27,079 nt of DNA. Source: Thermomicrobiales bacterium. Its GTDB lineage: Bacteria > Chloroflexota > Chloroflexia > Thermomicrobiales > UBA6265. The translations under genes were made by a program, and so were the position numbers. The stretch is from positions 1 through 27,079 of the forward strand of contig JBQCJS010000151.1 of NCBI GenBank assembly GCA_051952485.1, written 5' to 3'. Positions 18,239-27,079 of this stretch are shown piece by piece (position 1 is the stretch's first letter; the number at the start of each line of letters is the position of its first letter). The notes under the pieces are model-generated. The model did no database searches. It was not told the DNA's origin and worked only from the letters and a program-made list of their open reading frames with translations.

Positions 18239-19477
18239 CTACTCTCCCCTTCCGTCGACGGCGAGCCCGCCGGCGCGCGCATCCACCAGTTCCTCGTTCG
18301 CCAGGGCGGGATCGTCCTCGTCGCCCGACATCTCGGCGGCGCGTTGCGCCGACGGGAACAGGCCGCCCGGCCGGATGAGCATCACCAGCACCAGGGCGAG
18401 GCCGAAGATCAGGAAGCGATCGGACGTCACATCGTGGTTCTGGATCGGATCGCCGAGAAAACCGAGGCCGATATCGGACAGTCGCTGGCCGATCCAGTGC
18501 AGCGGCTCGTTCAGCTCGCGCGCCAGGATGCGATCGAAGAACCCGATGATCAGGGCACCGCCGATCACGCCGTAGACGTTCCCCAGGCCACCGAGGATCA
18601 CCATCGCCAGGATCATGGTGGAGACGGAGAACTGGAACTGGTCAGGGTACACCACCCGTACATACCCAGAATAGACCGCCCCGGCGAACCCGGAGAACGA
18701 CGCCCCCAGCGCGAACGCCCAGAGCTTCGTGCTGGTGAGGCTGATGCCCATGCTGGACGCGGCGATCTCATCCTCCCGGATGGCCTGCCAGGCGCGGCCG
18801 ATGCGCGAATCGTAGAGCCGGGTGATCAGCCAGAGCGAGAAGAGCACCACGATGATGATCAGCCAGTACCAGTTCCGCTGGTGGTTGGCGTCGAAGACGA
18901 TGGAGTGTCCTCCCGGCAGGGGGATATCCGGTGGCCGGGCGATCTGGCCGATGCCCTGGGGACCCCGGGTGATCGTCTGCGCGTTCGTGAAGAAGGCGGG
19001 CACGATCTCGCCGAAGCCGAGCGTCACGATCGCGAGGTAGTCGCCCCGCAGGCGAAGGGTGGGTGCACCGAGCAACACCCCGAAGATGGCGGCCACGATC
19101 CACGCGATGATCATCGCGGGCCAGAAGTGCTGCAGGAAGCCGGGAACGACGCCCTTCTGCACGAAGAAACTGTTCGGCGACGTGAGGAACGCCGTGGTGT
19201 ACGCGCCGATCACGAAGAAGGCGACGTAGCCGAGGTCCAGCAGGCCGGCGTAGCCGACCACGATGTTCAGGCCCATCGCCAGGATGACGAAGACCATCAT
19301 CGGCACGAAGGCGCCCAGCTGGTTGAACCCGAAGAACGAATCGATGAACGGATAGAGGGCGGCGATCAGCGTGGCGATCGCGATCCACTTCAGGCGCTGG
19401 CGTTCGCCCTCCTTGCGCCTCGCCAGCCAGGCCTCGGCCTTCGAGAGTCCACTGGATGATGTCACGACTGCGGCCAT
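18239..19477 (-). CDS. livM: Branched-chain amino acid-type ABC transporter permease
   Basis: GLNIVVGYAGLLDLGYVAFF, LRLRGDYLAIVTLGFGEI, GRAWQAIREDEIAA, VILGGLGN. Confidence 0.96.
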   Translation of the reverse strand: MAAVVTSSSGLSKAEAWLARRKEGERQRLKWIAIATLIAALYPFIDSFFGFNQLGAFVPMMVFVILAMGLNIVVGYAGLLDLGYVAFFVIGAYTTAFLTSPNSFFVQKGVVPGFLQHFWPAMIIAWIVAAIFGVLLGAPTLRLRGDYLAIVTLGFGEIVPAFFTNAQTITRGPQGIGQIARPPDIPLPGGHSIVFDANHQRNWYWLIIIVVLFSLWLITRLYDSRIGRAWQAIREDEIAASSMGISLTSTKLWAFALGASFSGFAGAVYSGYVRVVYPDQFQFSVSTMILAMVILGGLGNVYGVIGGALIIGFFDRILARELNEPLHWIGQRLSDIGLGFLGDPIQNHDVTSDRFLIFGLALVLVMLIRPGGLFPSAQRAAEMSGDEDDPALANEELVDARAGGLAVDGRGE

Positions 19478-19499
19478 ACGGTTCCCTCCCCGGCCTTGG

Positions 19500-20489
19500 T
19501 CATACCTTCTCGGAGGTAGTCTGTCCGAAGAGTCCCGACGGCTTGAAGATCAGCACGATCACCAGGATGCCGAAGATGACCGTTCCGGTCCACTGGCTTC
19601 CCCAGCCGCTGATGTACTCGCCCATGAAGCCATCGCTGAACGACCAGATCATGCCGATGATGTATCCCCCCACCACGGCGCCGCCGAGGTTCCCGATACC
19701 GCCGAGCACCGCCGCGGTGAAGGCGAAGAGCCCGTACTGGAATCCCATCTGGAAGCGGCCGGAGTTGTTGTAGAAGATCGCCACCATGCCTGCCGCGCCG
19801 GCGAGGCCACCGCCGAGCAGGAAGGCCGTGGCGATGGTGCGGTTGATGTCGATGCCCATCAGCGCCGAGGCTTCGCGGTCCTGGGCGGTGGCGCGCATGG
19901 CGGTGCCGATCCGGGTGCGATAGACGAACCAGGAGAGCAGGATGAGCAGGGGAATGGTGACCCCGATCACGAAGACATCGAGCAGGCGCAGGCGCAGGGT
20001 CGAGTCCGCGAAGATGTCGCGCAGGATCGGCCATTCGTGCAGGACGTTGTACGTGCGGAACTTGCGGGGGATGAGGTCCGGACCGGAGAACGGCCGCGAA
20101 CCCTTCCAGTAGATCGCGATGTTCTGGAGGATGAAGCTGACCCCGATCGCGGCGATGAGGGGCGCGAGCCGGGGAGCGTTGCGCAGGCGTCGATAGGCGA
20201 GCGTATCGATGGTGACGTTCAGCAGCCCGCTGAAGAGGATCGACCCGACAAGACACAACCCGAGGACCAGCAGGATGGCGCCATACGATGATTCGGAGGT
20301 CACGCCGGAGACGCCAGCCACCGTCGCGGCGAAGAAGGCCCCCATCATGAAGACTTCGCCGTGCGCGAAGTTGATCAGCTCGATGATTCCGTAGACGAGG
20401 GTGTATCCGAGAGCAATCAGCGCAATCAACGATCCGGTCGCCAACCCGATGATGACGAACTGGAAGAAGAACGTCCAGTCAATATGCAT
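19500..20489 (-). CDS. livH: Branched-chain amino acid-type ABC transporter permease
   Basis: LIALGYTLVYGIIELINFAHGE, GTAMRATAQD, AAVLGGIGN, FKPSGLFG. Confidence 0.96.
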   Translation of the reverse strand: MHIDWTFFFQFVIIGLATGSLIALIALGYTLVYGIIELINFAHGEVFMMGAFFAATVAGVSGVTSESSYGAILLVLGLCLVGSILFSGLLNVTIDTLAYRRLRNAPRLAPLIAAIGVSFILQNIAIYWKGSRPFSGPDLIPRKFRTYNVLHEWPILRDIFADSTLRLRLLDVFVIGVTIPLLILLSWFVYRTRIGTAMRATAQDREASALMGIDINRTIATAFLLGGGLAGAAGMVAIFYNNSGRFQMGFQYGLFAFTAAVLGGIGNLGGAVVGGYIIGMIWSFSDGFMGEYISGWGSQWTGTVIFGILVIVLIFKPSGLFGQTTSEKV

Positions 20490-20572
20490 GGTTCACACCT
20501 GGCAGTGAACGATCCGTGCCAGACCCGATCAGGCCCGGACCCCGTTTCCCCCGACGGACCGCCCCGAACGAA

Positions 20573-20604
20573 CGAGCGGCCGGACGATGACGCCCGGCCG
20601 CTCG
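20573..20604 (-). terminator. Stem-loop after the substrate-binding protein gene (partial terminator or mRNA stabiliser)
   Basis: Minus strand CGAGCGGCCGGGCG-TCAT-CGTCCGGCCGCTCG, 14-bp stem with one G.U pair, followed by TTCGTT. Confidence 0.6.
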
Positions 20605-20615
20605 CAGTCGGCGAC

Positions 20616-22007
20616 TTACTCAGGAGCGCCGATGACCTTCTGGAAGACGATCTTGCCGTCCTTGATCTCGTTGAGGGAGATCGTGGTGGCGGTGGTATCG
20701 CCCGTCGGGCCGAAGCTCCAGGTGCCGATCAGGCCGCGGAAGTCCTTGGTGCCCATACCGGCCTCCAGGACCTTCGCGCGATCCTTCTCGCCGACCTTGT
20801 CGATCGCCTGCAGGACCGTGATCGCGCACTCGAAGGAGTAGACCGCGTAGGGGTCCGGATCGTGACCGAGGCGATCGGCCATGGCCTTGTACCAGTCGGC
20901 GCCGACGCCTTCGAGGGCCGTCGGCGGGAGGCCGCCGAAGGTGACGAACGATCCCTCGGCCGCGTCCCCGGAGCCGTCCACATACGCCTGGTTGGCGATG
21001 CCGTCCGGCCCCATGATCGTCGCGTCGTCGACGGAGAGGACATCGCGGAGGTCCTGGACCAGCTTCGGCACGTTCTGGTCGACGATGGCGCCGATGTAGA
21101 TGAAGTCGACCCCGGCGTTGGCGATCTTGGTGGCGAGGGCCTGGTACTCCGGCGCCTTCGCGTCGTAGGCCTCGAATCCGGCCACCGTGCCACCGAGCTT
21201 GATGAACGTATCCTGGAATACGCTCGCCACGCCCTTGCCATAGGTCTGGTTGTCGTGGAGGACGTAGGCGTTCTTCGCGCCCTTCTCGTTGATCGCCCAG
21301 TTCGCGGACGCCGAACCCTGGATATCATCCGCCGGCACCAGCCGGGCGAAGTTCCGCTTGCCCGTCGCCGAGTAGAGGACGTCCGGATAGCCTTCCGGAT
21401 TGGTGTCGCTCTCCTTGGTGAGCCGGACGGCCGTGGCCGCCGGAGAAATCTGGAACATGTTGGCGGCGTTGGTGATCGGGATGGAGACCTCGGCCGCGCC
21501 GGAGTTGTAGGTCGCGATGTAGGCCACCGCATCCTTGTCGTTCACCACCTCGGTGGCATTCTGCGACTCGGTGGTGGCATCCCAGGACCCGTTGTTGGCG
21601 GCGACACCGTCATCCATCGCGGTGTAGTTGATGGCGAACCCGCCGGCCGCACCACCCCAGATCTCGACGGCGTACTTGACGGCCTCGGCGGAGTCGGCGC
21701 CGATCTGCTCGTTGGCGCCGGACATCGGCCAGGACGAGTAGAGGTTGATCGTGCCCTTGCTGGTGTCGGTGGAGTGCGCGACCCCGGCGACGCCGAGCCC
21801 CTCGACCGTCAGGCCCGTGGCGCCCGGAGCGTCGGACGACGCGGCCGGAGACGCCGCGGGCGTCCCTTCCTGGGCGAAGGCGGACCCCGCCTGCAGGACT
21901 GCTGCTGCCCCAACGCCGAGCGCCGACGCCCGCACGAGGAACGTGCGACGGTCGATGGAGCCGCTGCGGAACTGCCGGACCAGCATATCGAAACGCGAAT
22001 CAGTCAT
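20616..22007 (-). CDS. livK: Branched-chain amino acid-type ABC transporter substrate-binding protein with Tat signal (LivJ/LivK-like)
   Basis: IDRRTFLVRASALG twin-arginine signal, YNSGAAEVSIP, FARLVPADDIQG, LHDNQTYGKG; first gene of the liv operon; ATG 22007 with AGGAGG upstream. Ligand not determinable. Confidence 0.9.
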   Translation of the reverse strand: MTDSRFDMLVRQFRSGSIDRRTFLVRASALGVGAAAVLQAGSAFAQEGTPAASPAASSDAPGATGLTVEGLGVAGVAHSTDTSKGTINLYSSWPMSGANEQIGADSAEAVKYAVEIWGGAAGGFAINYTAMDDGVAANNGSWDATTESQNATEVVNDKDAVAYIATYNSGAAEVSIPITNAANMFQISPAATAVRLTKESDTNPEGYPDVLYSATGKRNFARLVPADDIQGSASANWAINEKGAKNAYVLHDNQTYGKGVASVFQDTFIKLGGTVAGFEAYDAKAPEYQALATKIANAGVDFIYIGAIVDQNVPKLVQDLRDVLSVDDATIMGPDGIANQAYVDGSGDAAEGSFVTFGGLPPTALEGVGADWYKAMADRLGHDPDPYAVYSFECAITVLQAIDKVGEKDRAKVLEAGMGTKDFRGLIGTWSFGPTGDTTATTISLNEIKDGKIVFQKVIGAPE

Positions 22008-22258
22008 CTTCCCGATGCCTCCTGCTGACACCCCGGCCGCTGTGGCCGGAACCCAAGACCGTGCGGGCGATCACGCGATCGTCCTGTTCCACACGCTGCG
22101 GATGCGGGAGCACCTCCGTCGGCTCCCATCGTTCCTGTGGGTATCCCGGAGTCTGGAGAAGACCAGCGCGATCGCGCAGGACCACGAGATGGTTTTCCCC
22201 AACAGAAACCGGAGTACCCGTGGACCAAGGTTGGTTGTATGACGTACGTTGATGCAGG

Positions 22259-22288
22259 ATGGTAAACGACGCCCGTGTGCATCGTCAA
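22259..22288 (-). promoter_or_regulatory. sigma70-type promoter for the liv operon
   Basis: Minus strand TTGACG (22288-22283), 18-nt spacer, TACCAT (22264-22259); implies a ~245-nt leader. Confidence 0.55.
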
Positions 22289-22658
22289 CGGCAGACCGCA
22301 ACGCGATCATGGCGGAACGCCCAACCGACTCCCCATCGGTATCAAGATGGCACAAGAATCGGGCCGCATCCCTGTACGTTGTGCTCACTTTCGCACCCGA
22401 TCCATGGTCAGGCTGCACAGAACATTCGCGATTGATGGTCGCTGCGCAGGTGGGAAGCGATGGGATGGGGCGAAGCGCACAATCCCCGGTGATGCGACCT
22501 GACCGGCCACGGCGTTTTCGACCGTCGTGCGTGATTGTCGGACATGACTCGGGAACTCCCGAACATCCTGGAAGAAGGCCGCCCGGACGGACTGGCTCGA
22601 CCGATGATGGAGCGGCAATCATGAAAACTAGGCGCCCGGCTACGACCGATGCGCACGG

Positions 22659-23141
22659 TCAGCGATCGATCTCGACCAGGATCACCCATGCCTCCACCAT
22701 GGTGGCGAAGTACGTGACCATGTAGGCCCGGACCATCCACTGCAGGCCATCGTCGTTCCCGAGGGTGAGGATGGCGCCGGCGACGACCAGCAGGAGGGTC
22801 GCGACCTGGCGCAGAACCAGGAAGCCCCTCGCCTTCCCCTGGTACTCCGGCGGCTGGCCGCGCACGGCCGTGACGCTGAACACCGTCACGAGTCCCCAGA
22901 TCACTCCTGCCACGAGGAGCACCTGGACACCCGCGGACCGGAGCGACTGGTCGGGAACGAGCATCAGGGACGAGGTGACCAGCACCCCGAGCAGCATCAG
23001 GAGCGCCGCCGCGGTGCGGGCCAGCACGGCCGAGAGCTTCAGGATGCGGTCCAGGTTGATGGAGAGCCCCACGAAGATCAGGCCCGCGAGCGCCGCTGAC
23101 GCGCCCGCCTGGGCGGTCATGAAGTCATGCCAGCCGTCCAA
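22659..23141 (-). CDS. Uncharacterised small multi-pass membrane protein (160 aa)
   Basis: TTG start behind AAGGAG; DGWHDFMTAQAGASAALAGLIFVGLSIN followed by 4-5 hydrophobic segments; 3' part of track ORF 22659-23453. Confidence 0.85.
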   Translation of the reverse strand: MDGWHDFMTAQAGASAALAGLIFVGLSINLDRILKLSAVLARTAAALLMLLGVLVTSSLMLVPDQSLRSAGVQVLLVAGVIWGLVTVFSVTAVRGQPPEYQGKARGFLVLRQVATLLLVVAGAILTLGNDDGLQWMVRAYMVTYFATMVEAWVILVEIDR

Positions 23142-23411
23142 CGCCGACTCCTTGCACGTCCGTGTGTGGATGCCGATAGGGACCCAGCGCCATTCTACCC
23201 GCGGAGGCGCCTCCCCCTCACGCACTCCGCGCGCCGGATGTGAACTCCTGGGTTTGGGAACGGTCCTACGCAGGCCCACCGCGCGTAGGCCGGAGATGGC
23301 CTCGGGCGGGCGAACGCGGTACAATGGACGCTGCGAACGGCGCTCTCGGGCGTCGCCGCGTTCCGGAATCCGCGAAGTCGGCCCGAAGCTGGTCCACCTT
23401 CGCACCCATAC

Positions 23412-23487
23412 GCGCCCGTAGCTCAGCGGATAGAGCGCTTGCCTCCGGAGCAAGAGGCCAGAGGTTCGAGTCCTCTCGGGCGTACCA
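23412..23487 (+). tRNA. tRNA-Arg (anticodon CCG)
   Basis: GCGCCCG acceptor stem/CGGGCGT, D-arm GCTC..GAGC, anticodon arm CTTGC-CT CCG GA-GCAAG (CCG at 23445-23447), T-arm AGAGG-TTCGAGT-CCTCT, encoded CCA; 76 nt; -10-like TACAAT at 23320-23325. Confidence 0.98.
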
Positions 23488-23544
23488 CACTGGTCTTACT
23501 CAAGATATTGCCCAACGGATAACGATCCAGGGCCAGGACACGAG

Positions 23545-23582
23545 ACCCACCGGGCGCACGCCCGGTGGGTTCTTCGGTTTTC
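23545..23582 (+). terminator. Intrinsic terminator downstream of tRNA-Arg
   Basis: ACCCACCGGGCG/CGCCCGGTGGGT inverted repeat followed by TCTTCGGTTTT. Confidence 0.8.
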
Positions 23583-23829
23583 CGTACGTGCTGCGCCGAC
23601 TCCTCGAGACGGGCGACGACCGGTTGTGCTTTGGAAGCCACATCCCTGATGTCCCCCTGGGACACCGGGCCATCAAGCGCCCGCATCGACACCGTTGGAT
23701 ATGGCCACGTTACGTCGATCAACCACATCGCATGCGCGATGTGCCAGAACCTCCAGGTGCCTTGCCGTCGGCACCAGACGCGAGCGTCCCAACAGCACTC
23801 GGTCCCCTCGTGTGCCGACACAGACGCTA

Positions 23830-25227
23830 CTACAACGAGTCCTCGTAGCCGATGAAATCCCGGACGACCCGCTGCAGGGTGTTCGCCGTGTCGCCGGCAA
23901 TCCGGTAGCTGCGGTAAGCCAGCCAAAGGACGGGGATCAGCGCGATGATGGGGGCAAGGACGAAGACAGGACGCAATCCGACGCGCGTGGAGACAATCCC
24001 CAAGGCGAGGATCAGACCGAGCGACGCGACGTTGTCGAGGGCCTCTTGCAGTCCAAACGTCGCTCCCTGATCAGCCAGCGCGACGTGCCTGTTGATGTGC
24101 GCCTGGACGGCTGCAGCAGCAGCGGTCGACCCGAAGTTGGCGGGAAGCGCGATCACGCTTGCCGCCAACACGTGATCATTGATCGGCACGGCGAGGATCC
24201 ACCCGACGAGTCGGAGTGGACTCACGGGAGCGACGAACGGCGCGAGCACATCGATCAGGCCAAAGGCGGCCATCGAGATCGTCATGAGCAGGACGGACCA
24301 CACGGCAATCTGACGCGAGCCGAAGCGATCGATCAGGCGGGGCGCGGCCAACATCGCTGCCAGAAACGCGACACCGGCCGGTGCAAAGATATAGATGGCA
24401 TTCGTCGGGTTGCTATCGAGGACGTCACGCACGAACACAGGAATCATCGTCGCGAACGCCTCGTACAGGGAAACGGCGACGGCTCCGGCCAGAACCACCA
24501 CGCCGGTCGAACGATGGGTGCCGATCCATCCTGCTATCCCATTCATCGAGAAGCCGTTGTCGCGCCACCGCACATCACGGACGATCACAAGGGGATGCTT
24601 CGACGCGATGGTGTCCTCCGTGGGCAGGGTAAGAACACGCAACCCACCCAGGACCATGAACCCGGCCGCGATCACGAGCAGCGCTTCGAGACCAGCCCAT
24701 TTGATGAGCACAGGCGCCAGAATGGATGCTCCAATGCCGGAGGCAATCGCCCCGGAGATCGTGATCGAGGTCGCCACCACCGCCACGTCTTTCGGGTGAG
24801 AGACCAACGAAACCGCTGACTTGATCGACGGGGTCACCACCTGCATGATGATGTTCGACACGAACATCATGATCATGAGTGACGCCACGCCTGTGCCGAA
24901 CAGGATGGGCACGGTGAGATAGCACGCCGCGATGGCGAAATCGCCCGTCGCAATAGCGATGCGGCGGGGCAGGGAGTCGGCAAGCATGCCGCCTTGAACG
25001 CCAAAGAGCACGGCAGCCAGATACGTCGAGGCAGAGACGACCGAGATCTGCCACTGGGCACTCCCGAGCGCGGCAAGATAGACCATCGTGCCATACGAGA
25101 CAGTGGACATCGCCACACGTGAAGCGGCCCGGGCAAACATCAGGCGCGAGACATCGGGGATGCGGGCAGCGTCGATGAACCCGAGAGCAGGATCCTCGCC
25201 CGGAGCTGCCGAGTCACGCCGACCCAT
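23830..25227 (-). CDS. Major facilitator superfamily transporter
   Basis: About 12 hydrophobic segments, motif-A-like GGMLADSLPRR and PRLIDRFGSR; start reassigned to ATG 25227 behind AGGAGGAAAGG. Confidence 0.88.
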   Translation of the reverse strand: MGRRDSAAPGEDPALGFIDAARIPDVSRLMFARAASRVAMSTVSYGTMVYLAALGSAQWQISVVSASTYLAAVLFGVQGGMLADSLPRRIAIATGDFAIAACYLTVPILFGTGVASLMIMMFVSNIIMQVVTPSIKSAVSLVSHPKDVAVVATSITISGAIASGIGASILAPVLIKWAGLEALLVIAAGFMVLGGLRVLTLPTEDTIASKHPLVIVRDVRWRDNGFSMNGIAGWIGTHRSTGVVVLAGAVAVSLYEAFATMIPVFVRDVLDSNPTNAIYIFAPAGVAFLAAMLAAPRLIDRFGSRQIAVWSVLLMTISMAAFGLIDVLAPFVAPVSPLRLVGWILAVPINDHVLAASVIALPANFGSTAAAAAVQAHINRHVALADQGATFGLQEALDNVASLGLILALGIVSTRVGLRPVFVLAPIIALIPVLWLAYRSYRIAGDTANTLQRVVRDFIGYEDSL

Positions 25228-26251
25228 ACACCTTTCCTCCTGCCACACTCGTGAACGCCCACCGCCCGCCTGCAGAGGACATGATCGTCCCGATCGCGAT
25301 GCCCACCGTCCTCTCGGGGCGTCCTGATCAGGGCCGGTCGTGTCCCTGACGCACCCTCCTGGGTTCAGGTACTGCTTCACGCTGTCGCATCGCCAGCGAG
25401 CGTCGCCCACGGCGAGTGAGCGTCCTCAGTGGACTGTCTCGCCTAACCTGTCCTCTTCCTGCATGGTCGGGCCGCCATGAAGGCCGCAGCGCGACGGGCC
25501 ACCATAAACGGCCGGACTGCCAAGCGATTCGGTCGGACCACAACCACTACGTAGGGCGAACCCTCGCAGTGGTTGCTGCGGCCGGTGGTTCGCCGAGATC
25601 TCAGCGCAATGCCACGTTAGCTGAGTTGGTCCACTCAGCGCATCACTGCGTGTCATCGAGAGGACAGCCGCTCACCTGTCGGGAGGTCGGGGTTGTCGTG
25701 GTGTCTGCATACGGGTGGGGTCGAACACTCCCCGCTTCCACCGATACGACGAATTCCCCCCGTTCCAGCATCCCTTCTTCCATACAACCACCCGATTCCC
25801 TCGATCGGATTCGGACCGTCACATCCGACGCTACGGGTGTCTCGCCATCCGCCGGAACGTCGCAGACACCCATCGAGGATGCAAGTCCCACCAACACGCT
25901 CTCGAGGGGAATGGTCCGGTCCGGGCGAGATGACAATGCTGGCCAGGCGTCGAAGAAGATGAAACCCACGATTGTCTTCGCGGGTCATGTCCTGCAAGCT
26001 GGTGATTTCGATCGAACCGTGGATGACAACCACGCCGGTAAGGAGCTGGAGAATCGGAACGCCTGGCTCCCTCGGGCGCGAATCATCCGCCCCTCTCCGG
26101 GTCGAGACATACCCTATCTCCGGCTTATTGGCGGCGTGGCGGGCGGTATCCACCGGAGATAGGCATCGGGTGGAGTACCTTCCCGGCGACTGAGAGCGAG
26201 ACGGTGCGCGTGTCCCCCTGAACGCCCGGACCGCCGACGTGCTGGTCCAAA

Positions 26252-26282
26252 CCGCCCGGAGGCAAAGAGCGCCTCCGGGCGG
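26252..26282 (-). terminator. Probable terminator of the DUF1269 gene
   Basis: CCGCCCGGAGGC/GCCTCCGGGCGG 12-bp stem; on the minus strand followed by TTT, about 60 nt after the stop. Confidence 0.65.
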
Positions 26283-26344
26283 ATTCCAGGACCGTTGCCG
26301 GGAAAGTCGGCTCCCCGATAGCGCGGCCTTGCTTGTCGCTGCCG

Positions 26345-26839
26345 TTACTCCTCAGTCGCGAAGATTTCCTTGAGCCGGGCCTCTTCCTCATTGGTGAGGT
26401 TGCTTGCGATGAGCTCGAACGGGGGGAGCCCCTTGAACGCTTCCGCGACCCGTTCGGTCACGGCGTTCTGGCTCAGGAGGAAGAGCGCGGACGTCCCCGG
26501 TGTCACCTTCTCCCGCGTTTGCTTGATGAAATCATCGTTGATGCCGACGTCGGTGAATGCCCCGCCGATGGCACCGGCGGCGGCACCGATCGCCGCACCG
26601 AAGAGGGGCACCAGGAAGATCAACCCGAAGAGCATGCCCCAGAAGGCGCCGCCCAGGGCGCCCGCGCCGACCGTACTGGTCAACTGACGCGTCTTGGGCT
26701 TCTTCGCATTCGCTGGCCAGGACACGACCGCGGCGTCGATGACGGTCAACAGGTTCTGCTTGCGCAACCCGTCGAGAATGCCCAGCGCCTGATCGGCGCC
26801 CTCCGCCGTCGCGAATTTGACCGCTGTCAACGTTGCCAT
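26345..26839 (-). CDS. DUF1269-family membrane protein
   Basis: DAAVV, glycine-rich GAGALGGAFWGMLFGLIF..GAAIGAAAGAIGG, D.GI.DDFI, PGTSALFLL, IASNLTNEEEARL; AAAGGGAG RBS. Confidence 0.88.
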   Translation of the reverse strand: MATLTAVKFATAEGADQALGILDGLRKQNLLTVIDAAVVSWPANAKKPKTRQLTSTVGAGALGGAFWGMLFGLIFLVPLFGAAIGAAAGAIGGAFTDVGINDDFIKQTREKVTPGTSALFLLSQNAVTERVAEAFKGLPPFELIASNLTNEEEARLKEIFATEE

Positions 26840-26896
26840 AACGCTCCCTTTCCAGAGGCATCGGAACCCCGCGCTCCTGTGCAGAGGGGTTCCCTG

Positions 26897-26925
26897 AATC
26901 TATCGGGCCGCTCGCCGGGTGTAAA
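26897..26925 (-). promoter_or_regulatory. sigma70-type promoter for the DUF1269 gene
   Basis: Minus strand TTTACA (26925-26920), 17-nt spacer, TAGATT (26902-26897). Confidence 0.6.
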
Positions 26926-27079
26926 TGGTACATTCTGCCTAATCAGCCCCGGCCCGAGCACAGCGAAACCCGAGTGACGATCGCGAACCGCGCCGCAACG
27001 ACGTTGCAGCGAAGCACGGCGCGCCGGTGCGATGGCTGTTGATCGCGGAATGCCATGACCACCGCCCTGGCTCCGGTGC

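Noticed and set aside
22000-22185. 61-aa ORF in the liv leader as an attenuator peptide
   Set aside because: Too long, no run of Leu/Ile/Val codons and no downstream terminator.
22347-22362. TGGCAC upstream of the liv region as a second sigma54 site
   Set aside because: Good -24 but the -12 position reads TCGG rather than TTGC.
23142-23453. N-terminal extension of ORF 22659-23453
   Set aside because: MLRRQALYPLSYGR is the antisense reading of the tRNA; the true start is TTG 23141 behind AAGGAG.

Overview
High-GC (about 67-70% in hand-counted core-gene lines) bacterial chromosomal segment. It is probably from Chloroflexota/Thermomicrobiales; this is an inference from the gene order and the Tat-exported binding protein beginning ...SGSIDRRTFLVRASALG...AQEGTPAASPAAS. 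Left to right: topA and dprA (-); an HpcH/HpaI aldolase; an orphan oppD/oppF ATPase pair; a tightly coupled run of site-2 protease, HD protein, scpA, scpB and an APH(6)-like kinase (+); Rrf2-iscS (-); a site-2 protease/CBS gene (-) divergent from rpoN (+); a complete livK-H-M-G-F type ABC operon (-); a small membrane protein (-); tRNA-Arg(CCG) (+); then a lower-GC tail with an MFS transporter, about 1 kb of unexplained DNA and a DUF1269 gene. No integrase, transposase, CRISPR array or rRNA was seen. The most interesting signal is the 230-bp rpoN/protease intergenic region. There a near-consensus sigma54 -24/-12 promoter pointing at the protease shares bases with the sigma70 -35 box of rpoN, next to a perfect 14-bp palindrome. 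The sigma54 protein itself carries a CxxC-x8-CxxC insertion. All promoter, terminator and family calls were made by eye, without database searches.
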